A stretch of DNA of 64,000 bases from an uncultured bacterium (GCA_949285875.1 CASDZZ010000011.1:2289-66288), one strand, 5' to 3'; positions 16,722 to 27,545 are shown, counted from the stretch's first letter. Notes: generated from the letters alone by a model not told the origin. A program made the numbers and translations.

Positions 16722-17660
16722 ATGAATTTTATTTTTTTAATTATTGGTTTTATTTTATTAGTTAAGTGTGCTGATATTTTTGTTGATGGTAGTTCTAATT
16801 TGGCTAAGGTATTAAGAATTCCTACTTTAATTATAGGACTTACAATCGTAGCTTTTGGTACTAGCGCACCGGAAGCAGCGGTAAGTATTACGTCATCAAT
16901 AAAAGGTCAAAATGATTTGGCACTAGGAAATGTAGTTGGTTCTAACATTTGTAATATTTTATTAGTTTTAGGGGTAAGTGCATTATTTAACCCACTTAAA
17001 GCAAAAAGACAGATAATAACAAAAGATTTTTTATTTTGTTTGCTATCTTATTTAGTTTTATTTATAATGGTAGCTGGTCCTTTTGTATTAGGGGAAGGAT
17101 ACGGGGTATTAAGTAGTAGTGACGGACTTGTTTTACTTTGCTTTTTAGGTATTTATTTATATTCTCTTATTTTAAGTGTTAGTAAAAAAGACATGAAGGT
17201 AGTTGAAAAAAGAAAATTTTCAATCAAAGATATTTTATATATAGTTTTAGGATTATGCGGAATAATATTAGGTGGTAACTTAGTTGTTGATAGTGCAACT
17301 AGCATAGCACTATCATTTGGAATTAGTGAAAATTTAATAGCTTTAACAATTGTAGCGGTAGGTACATCTTTACCAGAGCTTGTAACTAGTGTGGTAGCAG
17401 CTAGAAAAAATGAAACTGATATAGCTTTAGGAAACGTAATAGGTTCAAATATTTTTAATATTTTCTTTATCTTAGGTGTTTCAGGCGCAGTTAATTCAAT
17501 TATTATTACATCAGAATCATTAATTGATATAATAATCATGGGAGTAACTGGTTTAATAGCTTACTTATTTACTATAAAAAATTCTAGAATAGGTAATAAA
17601 AAGGGTATTATTATGCTTCTTTTATATTTAGCTTATTTAGTTTATATTATTTATAGGTAA
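16722..17660 (+). CDS. CaCA-family cation/Ca2+ antiporter (YrbG-like)
   Basis: Two alpha-repeat motifs GTSAPE and GTSLPE with GNVVGSNI and GNVIGSNI. 10-TM layout. Confidence 0.85.
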   Translation: MNFIFLIIGFILLVKCADIFVDGSSNLAKVLRIPTLIIGLTIVAFGTSAPEAAVSITSSIKGQNDLALGNVVGSNICNILLVLGVSALFNPLKAKRQIITKDFLFCLLSYLVLFIMVAGPFVLGEGYGVLSSSDGLVLLCFLGIYLYSLILSVSKKDMKVVEKRKFSIKDILYIVLGLCGIILGGNLVVDSATSIALSFGISENLIALTIVAVGTSLPELVTSVVAARKNETDIALGNVIGSNIFNIFFILGVSGAVNSIIITSESLIDIIIMGVTGLIAYLFTIKNSRIGNKKGIIMLLLYLAYLVYIIYR

Positions 17661-17716
17661 ATATTAACTTTAGAGTAAATATTTGTTATAATTTAATAAA
17701 GAAAGGATTTGGTTAT

Positions 17717-19378
17717 ATGACTAATAAAGATTTAGCAGATTTAATATTTCCTAATATAACAAAAACCATAGAAGATTATGAAAAAATGTATCCAAAAAGG
17801 GATTTACCAGAAGGAGCTGTTGTAACACGTTTTGCACCTAGCCCAACTGGTTTTGTACACATAGGTCATATTTTTTCCTCATTTGTTGCTAACAAAGTTG
17901 CAAAAGATACAAATGGTGTATTTTACCTAAGAATAGAAGATACTGATCAAGAAAGAAAAGTAGATGGTGCCATTACAAATATCATAAGAGATTTAAATAA
18001 TTATAATATTACTTTTGATGAGGGAATGGTTAGCGAAACTGAAGAAAAGGGTGTTTATGGCCCTTATTTACAAAGTAAAAGAAAAGAAATATATCATGCG
18101 TTTATAAAACATTTTATAGAACAAGGAATGGCTTATCCATGTTTTTGTTCTAAAGATGAAATAGATGAGATAAGACATGCTCAGGAAAAAAGAAAAGATA
18201 GAATTGGATATTACGGAAGGTATGCAAAATGTAGAAAAATTCCTATCCAAGATGCTTATGATAAAATTAAAGATGGTGAAGAATTTATTATAAGATTAAA
18301 GGCTTCTGGAGATTTTGAAAAAAAAGTTGTTGTTAAAGATTTAGTAAGAGGTAATATATCTTTTCCTGAAAATGACATGGATATTGTAATAATGAAAAAA
18401 GATGGTCTTCCAACATATCACTTTGCACATTTAGTAGATGATTATTTGATGCGTACCACTCATGTTATAAGAAGTGATGAGTGGGTATCTTCTTTGCCTG
18501 TTCATGTGCAATTATTTAGTATGTTAGGGGTAAAACCACCTAAGTATGCTCATCTTTCTCCAATAATGAAGGAAGAAAATGGGGTAAAAAGAAAACTTTC
18601 AAAAAGAAAAGACCCAGAGTGTGCCATGAAGTTTTATCACGAACAAGGGCTTCCTACTGAAGCGGTAAAACTTTATTTAATGACTCTTGCTAATACTAAC
18701 TTTGAACAATGGATGGATGCTAACAAAGATAAAACAATTGATGATTTTGAATTCTCATTTAGTAAGATTAGTAAGTCTGGCGGATTATTTGATGTAGAAA
18801 AACTTATGAATATTTCTAAAAATTATTTATCAAGAATAAAAGCTACTGAATTTTATGATATGTTAGTAAAATATGCTAAAGAATATGATGAAGAATTTTA
18901 TGAACTTATTACTAAGTATAAAGATTTTACAATAGGTCTTTTAAACATAGAAAGAGAGCAAAAGAAACCTAGAAAAGACTATGCTTCATTTAGCGAAGTT
19001 AAAGATCTTGTTTGGTATATGTATGATGAATTATTTGATAATGTAGAAAAAAATTATGAGTTTTCAAATATTTCTTCTAAAGATGAAATAATAAATTTGA
19101 TGAATACTTACATAGAAAAATATTATGATGAAAATGATGACCAACAAACTTGGTTTGAAAAAATTAAGGATTTGTCAGAAGAATTTGGTTATGCTAGAGA
19201 AGTAAAAGAGTATAAAGAAGATCCAGATAATTATAAGGGACACGTAGGTGATGTTTCTATGGTAATTAGGGTTTCTTTAACAACTAAATCTATGACTCCT
19301 AATTTATATGATATTATGAAATTATTTGGAAAAGAAAGAATAATTAAAAGAATTAAAGAATTAGAAAATAGTCTATAA
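17717..19378 (+). CDS. gltX: glutamate--tRNA ligase (long clostridial form)
   Basis: RFAPSPTGFVHIGH (HIGH motif), KLSKRK (KMSKS motif), RIEDTD. Confidence 0.85.
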   Translation: MTNKDLADLIFPNITKTIEDYEKMYPKRDLPEGAVVTRFAPSPTGFVHIGHIFSSFVANKVAKDTNGVFYLRIEDTDQERKVDGAITNIIRDLNNYNITFDEGMVSETEEKGVYGPYLQSKRKEIYHAFIKHFIEQGMAYPCFCSKDEIDEIRHAQEKRKDRIGYYGRYAKCRKIPIQDAYDKIKDGEEFIIRLKASGDFEKKVVVKDLVRGNISFPENDMDIVIMKKDGLPTYHFAHLVDDYLMRTTHVIRSDEWVSSLPVHVQLFSMLGVKPPKYAHLSPIMKEENGVKRKLSKRKDPECAMKFYHEQGLPTEAVKLYLMTLANTNFEQWMDANKDKTIDDFEFSFSKISKSGGLFDVEKLMNISKNYLSRIKATEFYDMLVKYAKEYDEEFYELITKYKDFTIGLLNIEREQKKPRKDYASFSEVKDLVWYMYDELFDNVEKNYEFSNISSKDEIINLMNTYIEKYYDENDDQQTWFEKIKDLSEEFGYAREVKEYKEDPDNYKGHVGDVSMVIRVSLTTKSMTPNLYDIMKLFGKERIIKRIKELENSL

Positions 19379-19517
19379 TTTAATAAAGATTATTTTGTTT
19401 AGGTTATAAGAAATATTAAAAATTGTAACAGAAATGTTGCAATTTTTTCTTTTTTCTTATTTTAAAAATAATATTTTTTATGGTACTCTTAAGTAAAAAA
19501 ATGAAGGAAAAAAACAA

Positions 19518-20888
19518 ATGCTTAAAAATAATTCTTTTTTTAGTAATGTTAATGGAGTTTGCCTTGATAAAAGTCAAATAAAAATAATAAAATCAAAAAG
19601 AAAAAACATACTAGTTTTAGCGGGAGCTGGAAGCGGAAAAACATTAACAATAGTTGCTAAAGTTAGTTATTTAATTGATGTTTTGAAAGTAGAAGAAAAA
19701 GATATTTTATGTATATCCTTTACTAATGATGCGGTAAATAAATTAAAAAAAGATTTAAATAGAAACGTAGATGTATTTACTTTTCATAAATTAGGTTTAA
19801 AAATAATTGGCAAACAAAATGAAGTTTTAACAGAAAATATGCTAATGGATATAATTATAAGTACTTTTAAAAATGATGCTTTATTTGGTCTTTTTGATAT
19901 GAATAAAACTAATCTTTATAAACTAGTTAATACTTTTATTACTTTGTTTAAATCAAATAATTATAAATTAAAAGATTTTGATAAATTTATTAGTAAAGCT
20001 AATCATAAAGAAAAATTATTATTAAAAGAAATTATGAAATGTTATATTTGTTATCAGTCTTATCTTAGAAGTGAAGGTTTAATTGATTTTTCGGATATGA
20101 TAAATGTAGCAATAAAAAAATTAGATAAAAGCATTATAAAATATAAATACATAATAATTGATGAATATCAAGATATTTCTTACACAAAGTACTTGTTTAT
20201 TAAAAAAATAAAAGAAATAGGCAAATCTTATATATTTGCGGTTGGTGATGATTTTCAGTCCATCTATCGTTTTGCAGGTTCAAACGTTAATTTAATTACT
20301 AATTTTAAAAAATATTTTCCTTTTGCAAAAATTTATAAGCTTAAAAATACATATAGAAACTCGTATGATCTTATTAAAATAGCTGGTAAGTTTATAATGA
20401 AAAATCCTTTTCAGATTAGGAAAAAGATAAAGTCAAAAATTAAATTAAAAGATTCTATTAACGTTGTTTATTATGATGATTTAAAGGGTAGTATGAATGA
20501 TATTATAGATACTTATAAAATTAAAAATTTACTTATATTATCAAGAAATAATTATGACTTAAATAATATTAATTTAGAAGGAATTAATTATAGAAAAATG
20601 ACTATTCATAAATCTAAGGGGCTAGAGGAAGAGTATGTTTTTATTATTAATTTAAAAGAAGGCTTAGGTGGTTTTCCTAATAAAAATATAGATCATAAAA
20701 TATTGCGTTTTGTTAATAATTATAAGGAATATTACAAATATGAAGAAGAAAGAAGATTATTTTACGTGGCACTAACTAGGTGCCGGAAAAAAGTATTTTT
20801 ATTTTGTCCTTATGACAACGTTTCTTCTTTTGTTAAGGAATTATTAAAGATAAATAAAAAAATAAAAATTATAAACAAAAAAAATTAA
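19518..20888 (+). CDS. UvrD/Rep-family ATP-dependent DNA helicase, short helicase-IV-like form
   Basis: Walker A AGAGSGKT, DEYQD, GDDFQSIY, C-terminal HKSKGLEEEYVFII and ALTRCRKKV. Confidence 0.8.
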   Translation: MLKNNSFFSNVNGVCLDKSQIKIIKSKRKNILVLAGAGSGKTLTIVAKVSYLIDVLKVEEKDILCISFTNDAVNKLKKDLNRNVDVFTFHKLGLKIIGKQNEVLTENMLMDIIISTFKNDALFGLFDMNKTNLYKLVNTFITLFKSNNYKLKDFDKFISKANHKEKLLLKEIMKCYICYQSYLRSEGLIDFSDMINVAIKKLDKSIIKYKYIIIDEYQDISYTKYLFIKKIKEIGKSYIFAVGDDFQSIYRFAGSNVNLITNFKKYFPFAKIYKLKNTYRNSYDLIKIAGKFIMKNPFQIRKKIKSKIKLKDSINVVYYDDLKGSMNDIIDTYKIKNLLILSRNNYDLNNINLEGINYRKMTIHKSKGLEEEYVFIINLKEGLGGFPNKNIDHKILRFVNNYKEYYKYEEERRLFYVALTRCRKKVFLFCPYDNVSSFVKELLKINKKIKIINKKN

Positions 20889-20903
20889 ACAAAATGTTTA
20901 ATT

Positions 20904-23003
20904 TTATAATATTTTGAAAATTAGATTTATTAAGAAACATAAACTTAAGCCTACTACTGTCGGAAGAATAAAGGCTATAAAAGTCCAAAACTTACTATTG
21001 GTTTCTTTTTTTATGGTTATTATAGTAGTACTACAAGGAAAATGAAATAACATTAATACTAAAGTACATATTGCGGTAACAATAGTCCAACCATTATTTA
21101 TAAGTAAGTTCTTTAGTTCCATTAGACTAGTATAATCAGTTAAACTTCCTGTACCTAAGTAACTCATAATTATTATCGGTATTACAATTTCATTAGCAGG
21201 AAAACCTAGAATAAACGCCATTAATATAGTTCCGTCTATGCCTAAAATATTTCCAATAGGATCAAGAAAATTAATGCAGTAAAATAAAATACTATTATTA
21301 TTTATTTTTAAGTTAGCCATTAACCAAATTATTAGACCAGCTGGTATTGCAACTGATATAGCCCTTCCTAGTACAAATATCGTTCTATCTAGTACTGACC
21401 TTATAATAATTTTTTTTATTTGAGGTTTTCTATAAGAAGGCATTTCTAAAACAAATGAAGAAGGCATACCTTTCAATAACGTAGAAGATAAAAACCTCGA
21501 TATTAGTAACGTAACTATAAAAGAAAATATTAGAGTTAATGTTAGAATTATTGCGGCTTTAAAAGAACTAAGACTACCAACTGCTAAAAACATTGTAATA
21601 ATTGCTATTAAACTTGGAAACCTACCATTACATGGTACTAAACTATTAGTTAGTATTGCAATTAGTCTTTCCCTAGGTGAATCAATGATTCTGCATCCCA
21701 TAACACCACAAGCATTGCATCCTAATCCCATACACATTGTAAGTGCTTGTTTCCCATGACATTTAGCTTTTTTAAAAAGTTTATCTAAGTTAAATGCTAT
21801 TCTAGGTAAAAAACCGCAATCCTCTAAAAAAGTAAAAAGAGGGAAAAATATTGCCATTGGAGGTAGCATTACCGAAACAACCCAAGCTAATGTTTTTAAA
21901 ACACCATTAATTATAATATCGTGAATTATTAGTGGGGTATTAATTTTGATTAGTAAGAGAGAAATATAGTTATTTACTGAGAAAAGAACGTTAGATAAAA
22001 TGTTAGAAGGATAATTAGCTCCCACTATTGTAATCCAAAGTATTAGACCTAGGAATAATAGCATAATAGGTATTCCAAATATTCTTGAGGTTAAAATTTT
22101 ATCAAACATAGATATTTTGAACTCTTTTTCCTTGGTTACTTTTCTATTTATTTCAGCATTCTGTTTTATAATAGAAAGTATAATTTCTTTTGAATAATCT
22201 TCTATATTATGTTTTTTTAAATAGTTTAAACTTATATCAATTATGGTTTCTATATTTTTTATAGCATCAGAATTTAATTTTAGATAATCATATATTTTTT
22301 TATTAAAATCTTCATTTTTTTCTAATAACTTTATTGCAAAAAATCTGTTTTTAGGATTTGGTTTTTCTTTATCCAAATTTACTTTTACTTTTTTTATTAC
22401 ATCTTCTATTTCTTTTTTATAGTTTATTATAGTATTGCTAGTACATTTATTTTTACAGCATATTCGTATATTTTCTTTTAATTTTTCTATATCTTTTTTA
22501 TTGTTTGCACAAATACTTATAATTGATACTTTATAAATTTCTTTAAGTTTATTCAAATCTATTTTTATACCTTTTTTTAAAGCTTCGTCCATTAAATTTA
22601 AACAAATTAAAGCGTTATTATTGGTTCCTAATATTTGCGTTGCTAAAGTAAGGTTTCTTTCTAGTAAGGTAGCATCAAGGATAATAACCGTTAGATCACT
22701 TCTTTCAAAGCTTATCACATCTCTTGAAACTTCTTCTTCTTTTGAAAAAGAACTTAAAGAATATGTGCCTGGTAAATCAATTAAATCATACGTTTCTTCT
22801 TTATATGTGTAATTTCCTGTTGCACTGCTTACGGTTTTACCAGTCCAATTTCCGGTGTGTTGGTTAAGTCCGGTTAAAGCATTAAAGATTGTTGATTTAC
22901 CAACATTAGGATTACCAATTAAAGTAATAATTTTGTTATTGCTATTTTTTTTCTTTATTTTTTTTATAAGATTTATTCCGGTAGAATTTTTAGTTAACCC
23001 CAT
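20904..23003 (-). CDS. feoB: ferrous iron transporter FeoB
   Basis: N-terminal G-domain GNPNVGKST, DLPGTYSL, plus a large polytopic C-terminal permease domain. Confidence 0.9.
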   Translation of the reverse strand: MGLTKNSTGINLIKKIKKKNSNNKIITLIGNPNVGKSTIFNALTGLNQHTGNWTGKTVSSATGNYTYKEETYDLIDLPGTYSLSSFSKEEEVSRDVISFERSDLTVIILDATLLERNLTLATQILGTNNNALICLNLMDEALKKGIKIDLNKLKEIYKVSIISICANNKKDIEKLKENIRICCKNKCTSNTIINYKKEIEDVIKKVKVNLDKEKPNPKNRFFAIKLLEKNEDFNKKIYDYLKLNSDAIKNIETIIDISLNYLKKHNIEDYSKEIILSIIKQNAEINRKVTKEKEFKISMFDKILTSRIFGIPIMLLFLGLILWITIVGANYPSNILSNVLFSVNNYISLLLIKINTPLIIHDIIINGVLKTLAWVVSVMLPPMAIFFPLFTFLEDCGFLPRIAFNLDKLFKKAKCHGKQALTMCMGLGCNACGVMGCRIIDSPRERLIAILTNSLVPCNGRFPSLIAIITMFLAVGSLSSFKAAIILTLTLIFSFIVTLLISRFLSSTLLKGMPSSFVLEMPSYRKPQIKKIIIRSVLDRTIFVLGRAISVAIPAGLIIWLMANLKINNNSILFYCINFLDPIGNILGIDGTILMAFILGFPANEIVIPIIIMSYLGTGSLTDYTSLMELKNLLINNGWTIVTAICTLVLMLFHFPCSTTIITIKKETNSKFWTFIAFILPTVVGLSLCFLINLIFKIL

Positions 23004-23244
23004 CTTTATCCTCCTTTTTAAAAGAAATTATTATGTTTTTGGCATCATCATTTCTAAGCGCAATAACACTTCCTTTAATTAAGTAAGCCGTAGGATCTCC
23101 AAGAGGACTTTTATATAATAGTTTTATTTTGCTATTCTCACAAAAACCAAGTTCTAAAAGTCTTTTTTTTATCTCGTTTCTAACATTAAGTTTTTTTATT
23201 GTACCAACTTTGCGTGTTGGTAATTTATTTAAAGTTGTTATCAT
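22990..23244 (-). CDS. feoA: FeoA-family protein
   Basis: 84-aa SH3-like protein (RLLELGF...IALR) overlapping the feoB start. Confidence 0.8.
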   Translation of the reverse strand: MITTLNKLPTRKVGTIKKLNVRNEIKKRLLELGFCENSKIKLLYKSPLGDPTAYLIKGSVIALRNDDAKNIIISFKKEDKDGVN

Positions 23245-23407
23245 GATTCACTCAACTTTCTATTCTTTTTATATAGTATTTTATGAAACAGAAAAATATA
23301 AGAAACTAATTATTTTTTATTAATTTTAAAAGTTATTATAAATCTATTGTCGAATTAAAAATATACTAATTTTTATACAACCATAATATTTTTTATTAGG
23401 AGGTATT

Positions 23408-26017
23408 ATGAATAATTATAATATTAACGGATTAACCGATGAAGAAGCTTTAGAAAGTAGAAAAAAATATGGTACTAATGAATTAAAACAAAGAAATGAT
23501 AATAGTTTTTTTTCCTTACTAATAGAATCTTTAGGTGATCCTATTATTAAAATTTTATTAGTTGCTTTAGGAATAAAAATATTTTTTTTATTTAGAGATT
23601 TTGACTGGTTTGAGACTTTAGGTATTTTAATAGCTATTTTCCTAGCATCTTTTATATCATCTATTTCTGAATACGGAAGTGAAAAGGCTTTTAGTAAACT
23701 TCAAGAACAATCTTCAAAATTAAAATGTAAAGTGAAAAGGAATGGTAAATTAAAGGAAATTTTAAGTGATGAAGTTGTAAAGGGTGATTTATTAGTTCTT
23801 CAATCAGGAGATAAAATTCCCGCTGATGGAATTATTGTAGAGGGTAGAATAAGCGTTGATGAATCTTCTATAAATGGTGAATCAAAAGAGGTATATAAAG
23901 AGAAAGTTGATAAAAAGATAACATCAAAAAATAAAGTTTTTAAAGGAACGATAGTTTATTCTGGTGAAGCTAATATAATTGTTACAGAAGTAGGTATTAA
24001 TACGTTTTACGGAAAAATAGCTAGTGAACTTCAGGAAAAAACGGGTGATAGTCCTCTTAAAATAAGACTTAGAAAACTTGCTAATATTATTAGTACTTTT
24101 GGTTATATAGGTGCTTTCTTGGCCTCTTTTTCTTATCTTTTTTCTGTAATTATTGTTAATAATAATTTCATGTTTAGTAAAATCGTTGATACTATAACAA
24201 ATTTTCACCTACTGATGGATTATTTAATTCATGCTTTAACTTTAAGTGTAACGATAATAATAGTATCTGTTCCAGAAGGTTTACCAATGATGATAACCCT
24301 AGTTTTATCATCTAATATGAAAAGAATGTTAAAAAATAATGTTCTTGTAAGAAAAATGGTAGGAATAGAAACTGCCGGTAATATAAATATATTATTTAGT
24401 GATAAAACAGGAACTATTACAACTGGTAAATTAAGTTGTACAAAAATTATTGATGGTGCTTTAAATGAATATAAAAAAGAATCTGAATTAAAGGATAATA
24501 ATTATAAAGAAATTCTTAGGGTTTCTGCAATTTATAATAATATGGCTTGTTATGATGGTAAAAAAATTATTGGTGGAAATACGACTGACAAAGCTTTATT
24601 ATCTTTTTTTACTCCTTTTAATTATAATTATATAAAAAAAATAAAGACCGTTCCTTTTGATAGTAAAAATAAATATATGATAACGGTAATAGATGATAAA
24701 ATGTCTAGAAATTTAATTAAGGGAGCTCCTGAATTAATAGTTAAGAATTGTAATTATTATTATGATAAGAATGGCAAAAAAATGGATTTTAAGAATAAAA
24801 GTAATATAGAAAAAATAATACAAGAAGAAACTAAAAAAGGAATAAGGGTAATAGCTCTTGCAACAAGCAATAATCATACTGAAAATTTATTTAAAAATTT
24901 GGTGTTTGTAGGTATTGTTTTAATTAAAGACGAGCTTAGAAAAGAGGCTAGGGAAGGTATTAAATTAGTTACAAAGGCAGGAATTAAAACGGTTATGATA
25001 ACTGGGGATAACAAGGAAACTGCAGTAGCTATTGCAAAAGAAGTAGGTCTTTTAAGCAGCCCTAGCGATATGGTTTTAACTTCAAATGAGTTAAATGAGT
25101 TAAGTGATAGTGAATTAAAAAAAATTATACCAAGGTTAAAAGTTGTAGCAAGAAGTTATCCACAGGATAAAAGTAGACTAGTTAGGGTGACCAAGGAAAT
25201 GAATTTAGTAGTAGGAATGACAGGTGATGGAGTAAATGATGCGCCAGCTTTAAAGAAAGCAGATGTTGGTTTTTCTATGGGATCTGGTAGTGAGGTTAGT
25301 AAAGAAGCTAGTGATATTGTAATATTAGATAATAATTTTTTATCTATAAGTAAGGCTATTTTATTTGGAAGAACTATATTTAAAAGTATTCGTAAATTTA
25401 TTATATTTCAACTTACGGTTAATTTGTGTGCTCTTAGTATTTCTATTATAGGTCCATTTATAGGTGTAGGAACCCCAATAACTGTTATTCAAATGTTATG
25501 GATAAATATGGTTATGGACACTCTTGCAGGACTTGCCTTTGCTTTTGAACCACCACTTTTAGAATATATGAATGAAAAACCAAAGAAAAAAGATGAAAAT
25601 ATTATGAATTCATATATGATTAATGAAATTTTAATAACTGGTATTTATACTACTATTCTTTTTATATTATTTTTAAAATTTCCACTTATTAAAAACTTAT
25701 TTAATAATGAGTCTTCTTTTATTACAGCATTTTTTGGACTCTTTATATTTGCAGGTATTTTTAACTGTTTTAATGCTCATACAAGCAGAATAAATATTCT
25801 ATCACATTTATTAAAGAATCATATGTTTATTGTAGTTATTTGTTTTATCATAATTGTACAAATTCTAATGATTTATTATGGGGGTTCTTTATTTAGGACA
25901 ACACCACTTTCTTTATATGAATTTATAATAATGTTTTTCCTTTCTTTTACCGTAGTTCCGGTGGATATGTTAAGGAAAATAATATATAAGAAGTTAAGAA
26001 AAAATACATTTATTTAA
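23408..26017 (+). CDS. calcium-translocating P-type ATPase (P2 type)
   Basis: DKTGTIT phosphorylation site, TGDN, TGDGVNDAPALKKADVG, PEGLP. Confidence 0.9.
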   Translation: MNNYNINGLTDEEALESRKKYGTNELKQRNDNSFFSLLIESLGDPIIKILLVALGIKIFFLFRDFDWFETLGILIAIFLASFISSISEYGSEKAFSKLQEQSSKLKCKVKRNGKLKEILSDEVVKGDLLVLQSGDKIPADGIIVEGRISVDESSINGESKEVYKEKVDKKITSKNKVFKGTIVYSGEANIIVTEVGINTFYGKIASELQEKTGDSPLKIRLRKLANIISTFGYIGAFLASFSYLFSVIIVNNNFMFSKIVDTITNFHLLMDYLIHALTLSVTIIIVSVPEGLPMMITLVLSSNMKRMLKNNVLVRKMVGIETAGNINILFSDKTGTITTGKLSCTKIIDGALNEYKKESELKDNNYKEILRVSAIYNNMACYDGKKIIGGNTTDKALLSFFTPFNYNYIKKIKTVPFDSKNKYMITVIDDKMSRNLIKGAPELIVKNCNYYYDKNGKKMDFKNKSNIEKIIQEETKKGIRVIALATSNNHTENLFKNLVFVGIVLIKDELRKEAREGIKLVTKAGIKTVMITGDNKETAVAIAKEVGLLSSPSDMVLTSNELNELSDSELKKIIPRLKVVARSYPQDKSRLVRVTKEMNLVVGMTGDGVNDAPALKKADVGFSMGSGSEVSKEASDIVILDNNFLSISKAILFGRTIFKSIRKFIIFQLTVNLCALSISIIGPFIGVGTPITVIQMLWINMVMDTLAGLAFAFEPPLLEYMNEKPKKKDENIMNSYMINEILITGIYTTILFILFLKFPLIKNLFNNESSFITAFFGLFIFAGIFNCFNAHTSRINILSHLLKNHMFIVVICFIIIVQILMIYYGGSLFRTTPLSLYEFIIMFFLSFTVVPVDMLRKIIYKKLRKNTFI

Positions 26018-26082
26018 TTTTTTATTTAATTTTTTGACTATTTTAGTAAAAAATGATAGTATATAGCGGTAGAGGTGTTAAT

Positions 26083-26976
26083 ATGAAAAATCAAAATCCT
26101 TATAATTTTAATGATTTTAGCGATGAAGAGGCCAGAGAATATATTTCATTATTATTTGATGGTTATCAAAAAAGAAAAAAAGAAAAAAGATTATATAAAC
26201 ATGATGGTGTTCCTGAAATTATCATAAAAACTTATTATAGTTTTGTTGATAAGCCAAATTTTGATCAAATAGTTTATAATTTCAAAAGAAGATATATTTA
26301 TAATGAAAATAAAATGGAAGAAGTAGAACATAGTTGTGAAGAAAAAGGCTTGGCAAGCGTTTATGATTATATTTTAAAAAAAGAAGATTTGGAAAATATT
26401 TCTATTTATGATTTATCATATATTCATGAAGCTTTATATTCTAAGACTCCTCATCCTGAGTTTGGTGGAAAATATAGAACCAGAGAAATTTACTTACTAG
26501 GGGAAGAAGAAAATGGTATAAAAACAGGAAGTGTTGAGTTATGCCCTTATTGGAATATAACACATGAAATGAATAACTTAAGACCGGAAGTTGATGCTCT
26601 TGTAAAAAGAGGACTTGCGCTAGGAAGAATTTCAAATGTTTCTAAGCTTATTGATTATATTAATGATTGTGTAAAATTAAAATGTAAACTAATAAAAATA
26701 CATCCTTTTGGAGATGGTAATGGTAGAGCCACTAGAGGTTTTATTAATTTGTTATTTAGATTAGCAAACATACCACCAGTTTATATAAAAAATAAAGAAA
26801 AAATAAAGTATCAGCATGCTATGAATAAAGCGCTGGTAAATGAAGATTATGATGATATTATAAATTTTTATCATTTTAAAATTTGCGATTCTATAATGGC
26901 TTTGGATATTCAAATAAAAGAAAAAATTCCATATCAAGATGAAGAAAAAAATTTAAAGGAGAAGTTAAAAAAATGA
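26083..26976 (+). CDS. Fic-domain protein (AMPylase family)
   Basis: Canonical HPFGDGNGRATR Fic motif. ATG 26083 lies behind AGAGGTG. Confidence 0.85.
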   Translation: MKNQNPYNFNDFSDEEAREYISLLFDGYQKRKKEKRLYKHDGVPEIIIKTYYSFVDKPNFDQIVYNFKRRYIYNENKMEEVEHSCEEKGLASVYDYILKKEDLENISIYDLSYIHEALYSKTPHPEFGGKYRTREIYLLGEEENGIKTGSVELCPYWNITHEMNNLRPEVDALVKRGLALGRISNVSKLIDYINDCVKLKCKLIKIHPFGDGNGRATRGFINLLFRLANIPPVYIKNKEKIKYQHAMNKALVNEDYDDIINFYHFKICDSIMALDIQIKEKIPYQDEEKNLKEKLKK

Positions 26977-27545
26977 AACTATTATTGCACACTTGTTGTG
27001 CTCCTTGCAGCGTTTATTGTGTTAAGACTTTAAAAAAAGAAAATATTGATATTACAAGTTTCTGGTATAATCCTAATATACATCCTTATAAAGAGTATGA
27101 ATCTAGATTGGAATGTTTAAAAAAATATAATGAGGAATTAAAAATCCCCCTTGTTATCGATGATTATTATGGACTTAAAGAGTTTTGCAAAAATGTTGTA
27201 GACAAATTAGACAACAGATGTGGATATTGCTATTTCTGTAGATTAGAAAAGACAGCTAAATATGCTAAAGAGCAAGGATTTGATGCTTTTTCTACTACAC
27301 TTTTAATAAGCCCTTATCAAAATCATGAGTTACTAAAAAAAACTGGAGATTTATTAGCTAAAAAATATGGTATAGAATTTTTATACAGAGATTTTAGACC
27401 GGGGTTTAGAGAAGGTCAAAATGAAGCTAGGGAAAAGGGTCTTTATATGCAGAAGTATTGTGGATGTATATTTAGTGAAGAAGAAAGATATCAAAAATTG
27501 ATAGAAAAAAATAAAAAGAAAAATATGACTACTTCTATAAATTAA
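26973..27545 (+). CDS. queH: epoxyqueuosine reductase QueH (DUF208)
   Basis: LLLHTCCAPCS N-terminus and CGCIFSEEERY C-terminal cysteine motif. The start overlaps the Fic stop (ATGA). Confidence 0.8.
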   Translation: MKLLLHTCCAPCSVYCVKTLKKENIDITSFWYNPNIHPYKEYESRLECLKKYNEELKIPLVIDDYYGLKEFCKNVVDKLDNRCGYCYFCRLEKTAKYAKEQGFDAFSTTLLISPYQNHELLKKTGDLLAKKYGIEFLYRDFRPGFREGQNEAREKGLYMQKYCGCIFSEEERYQKLIEKNKKKNMTTSIN

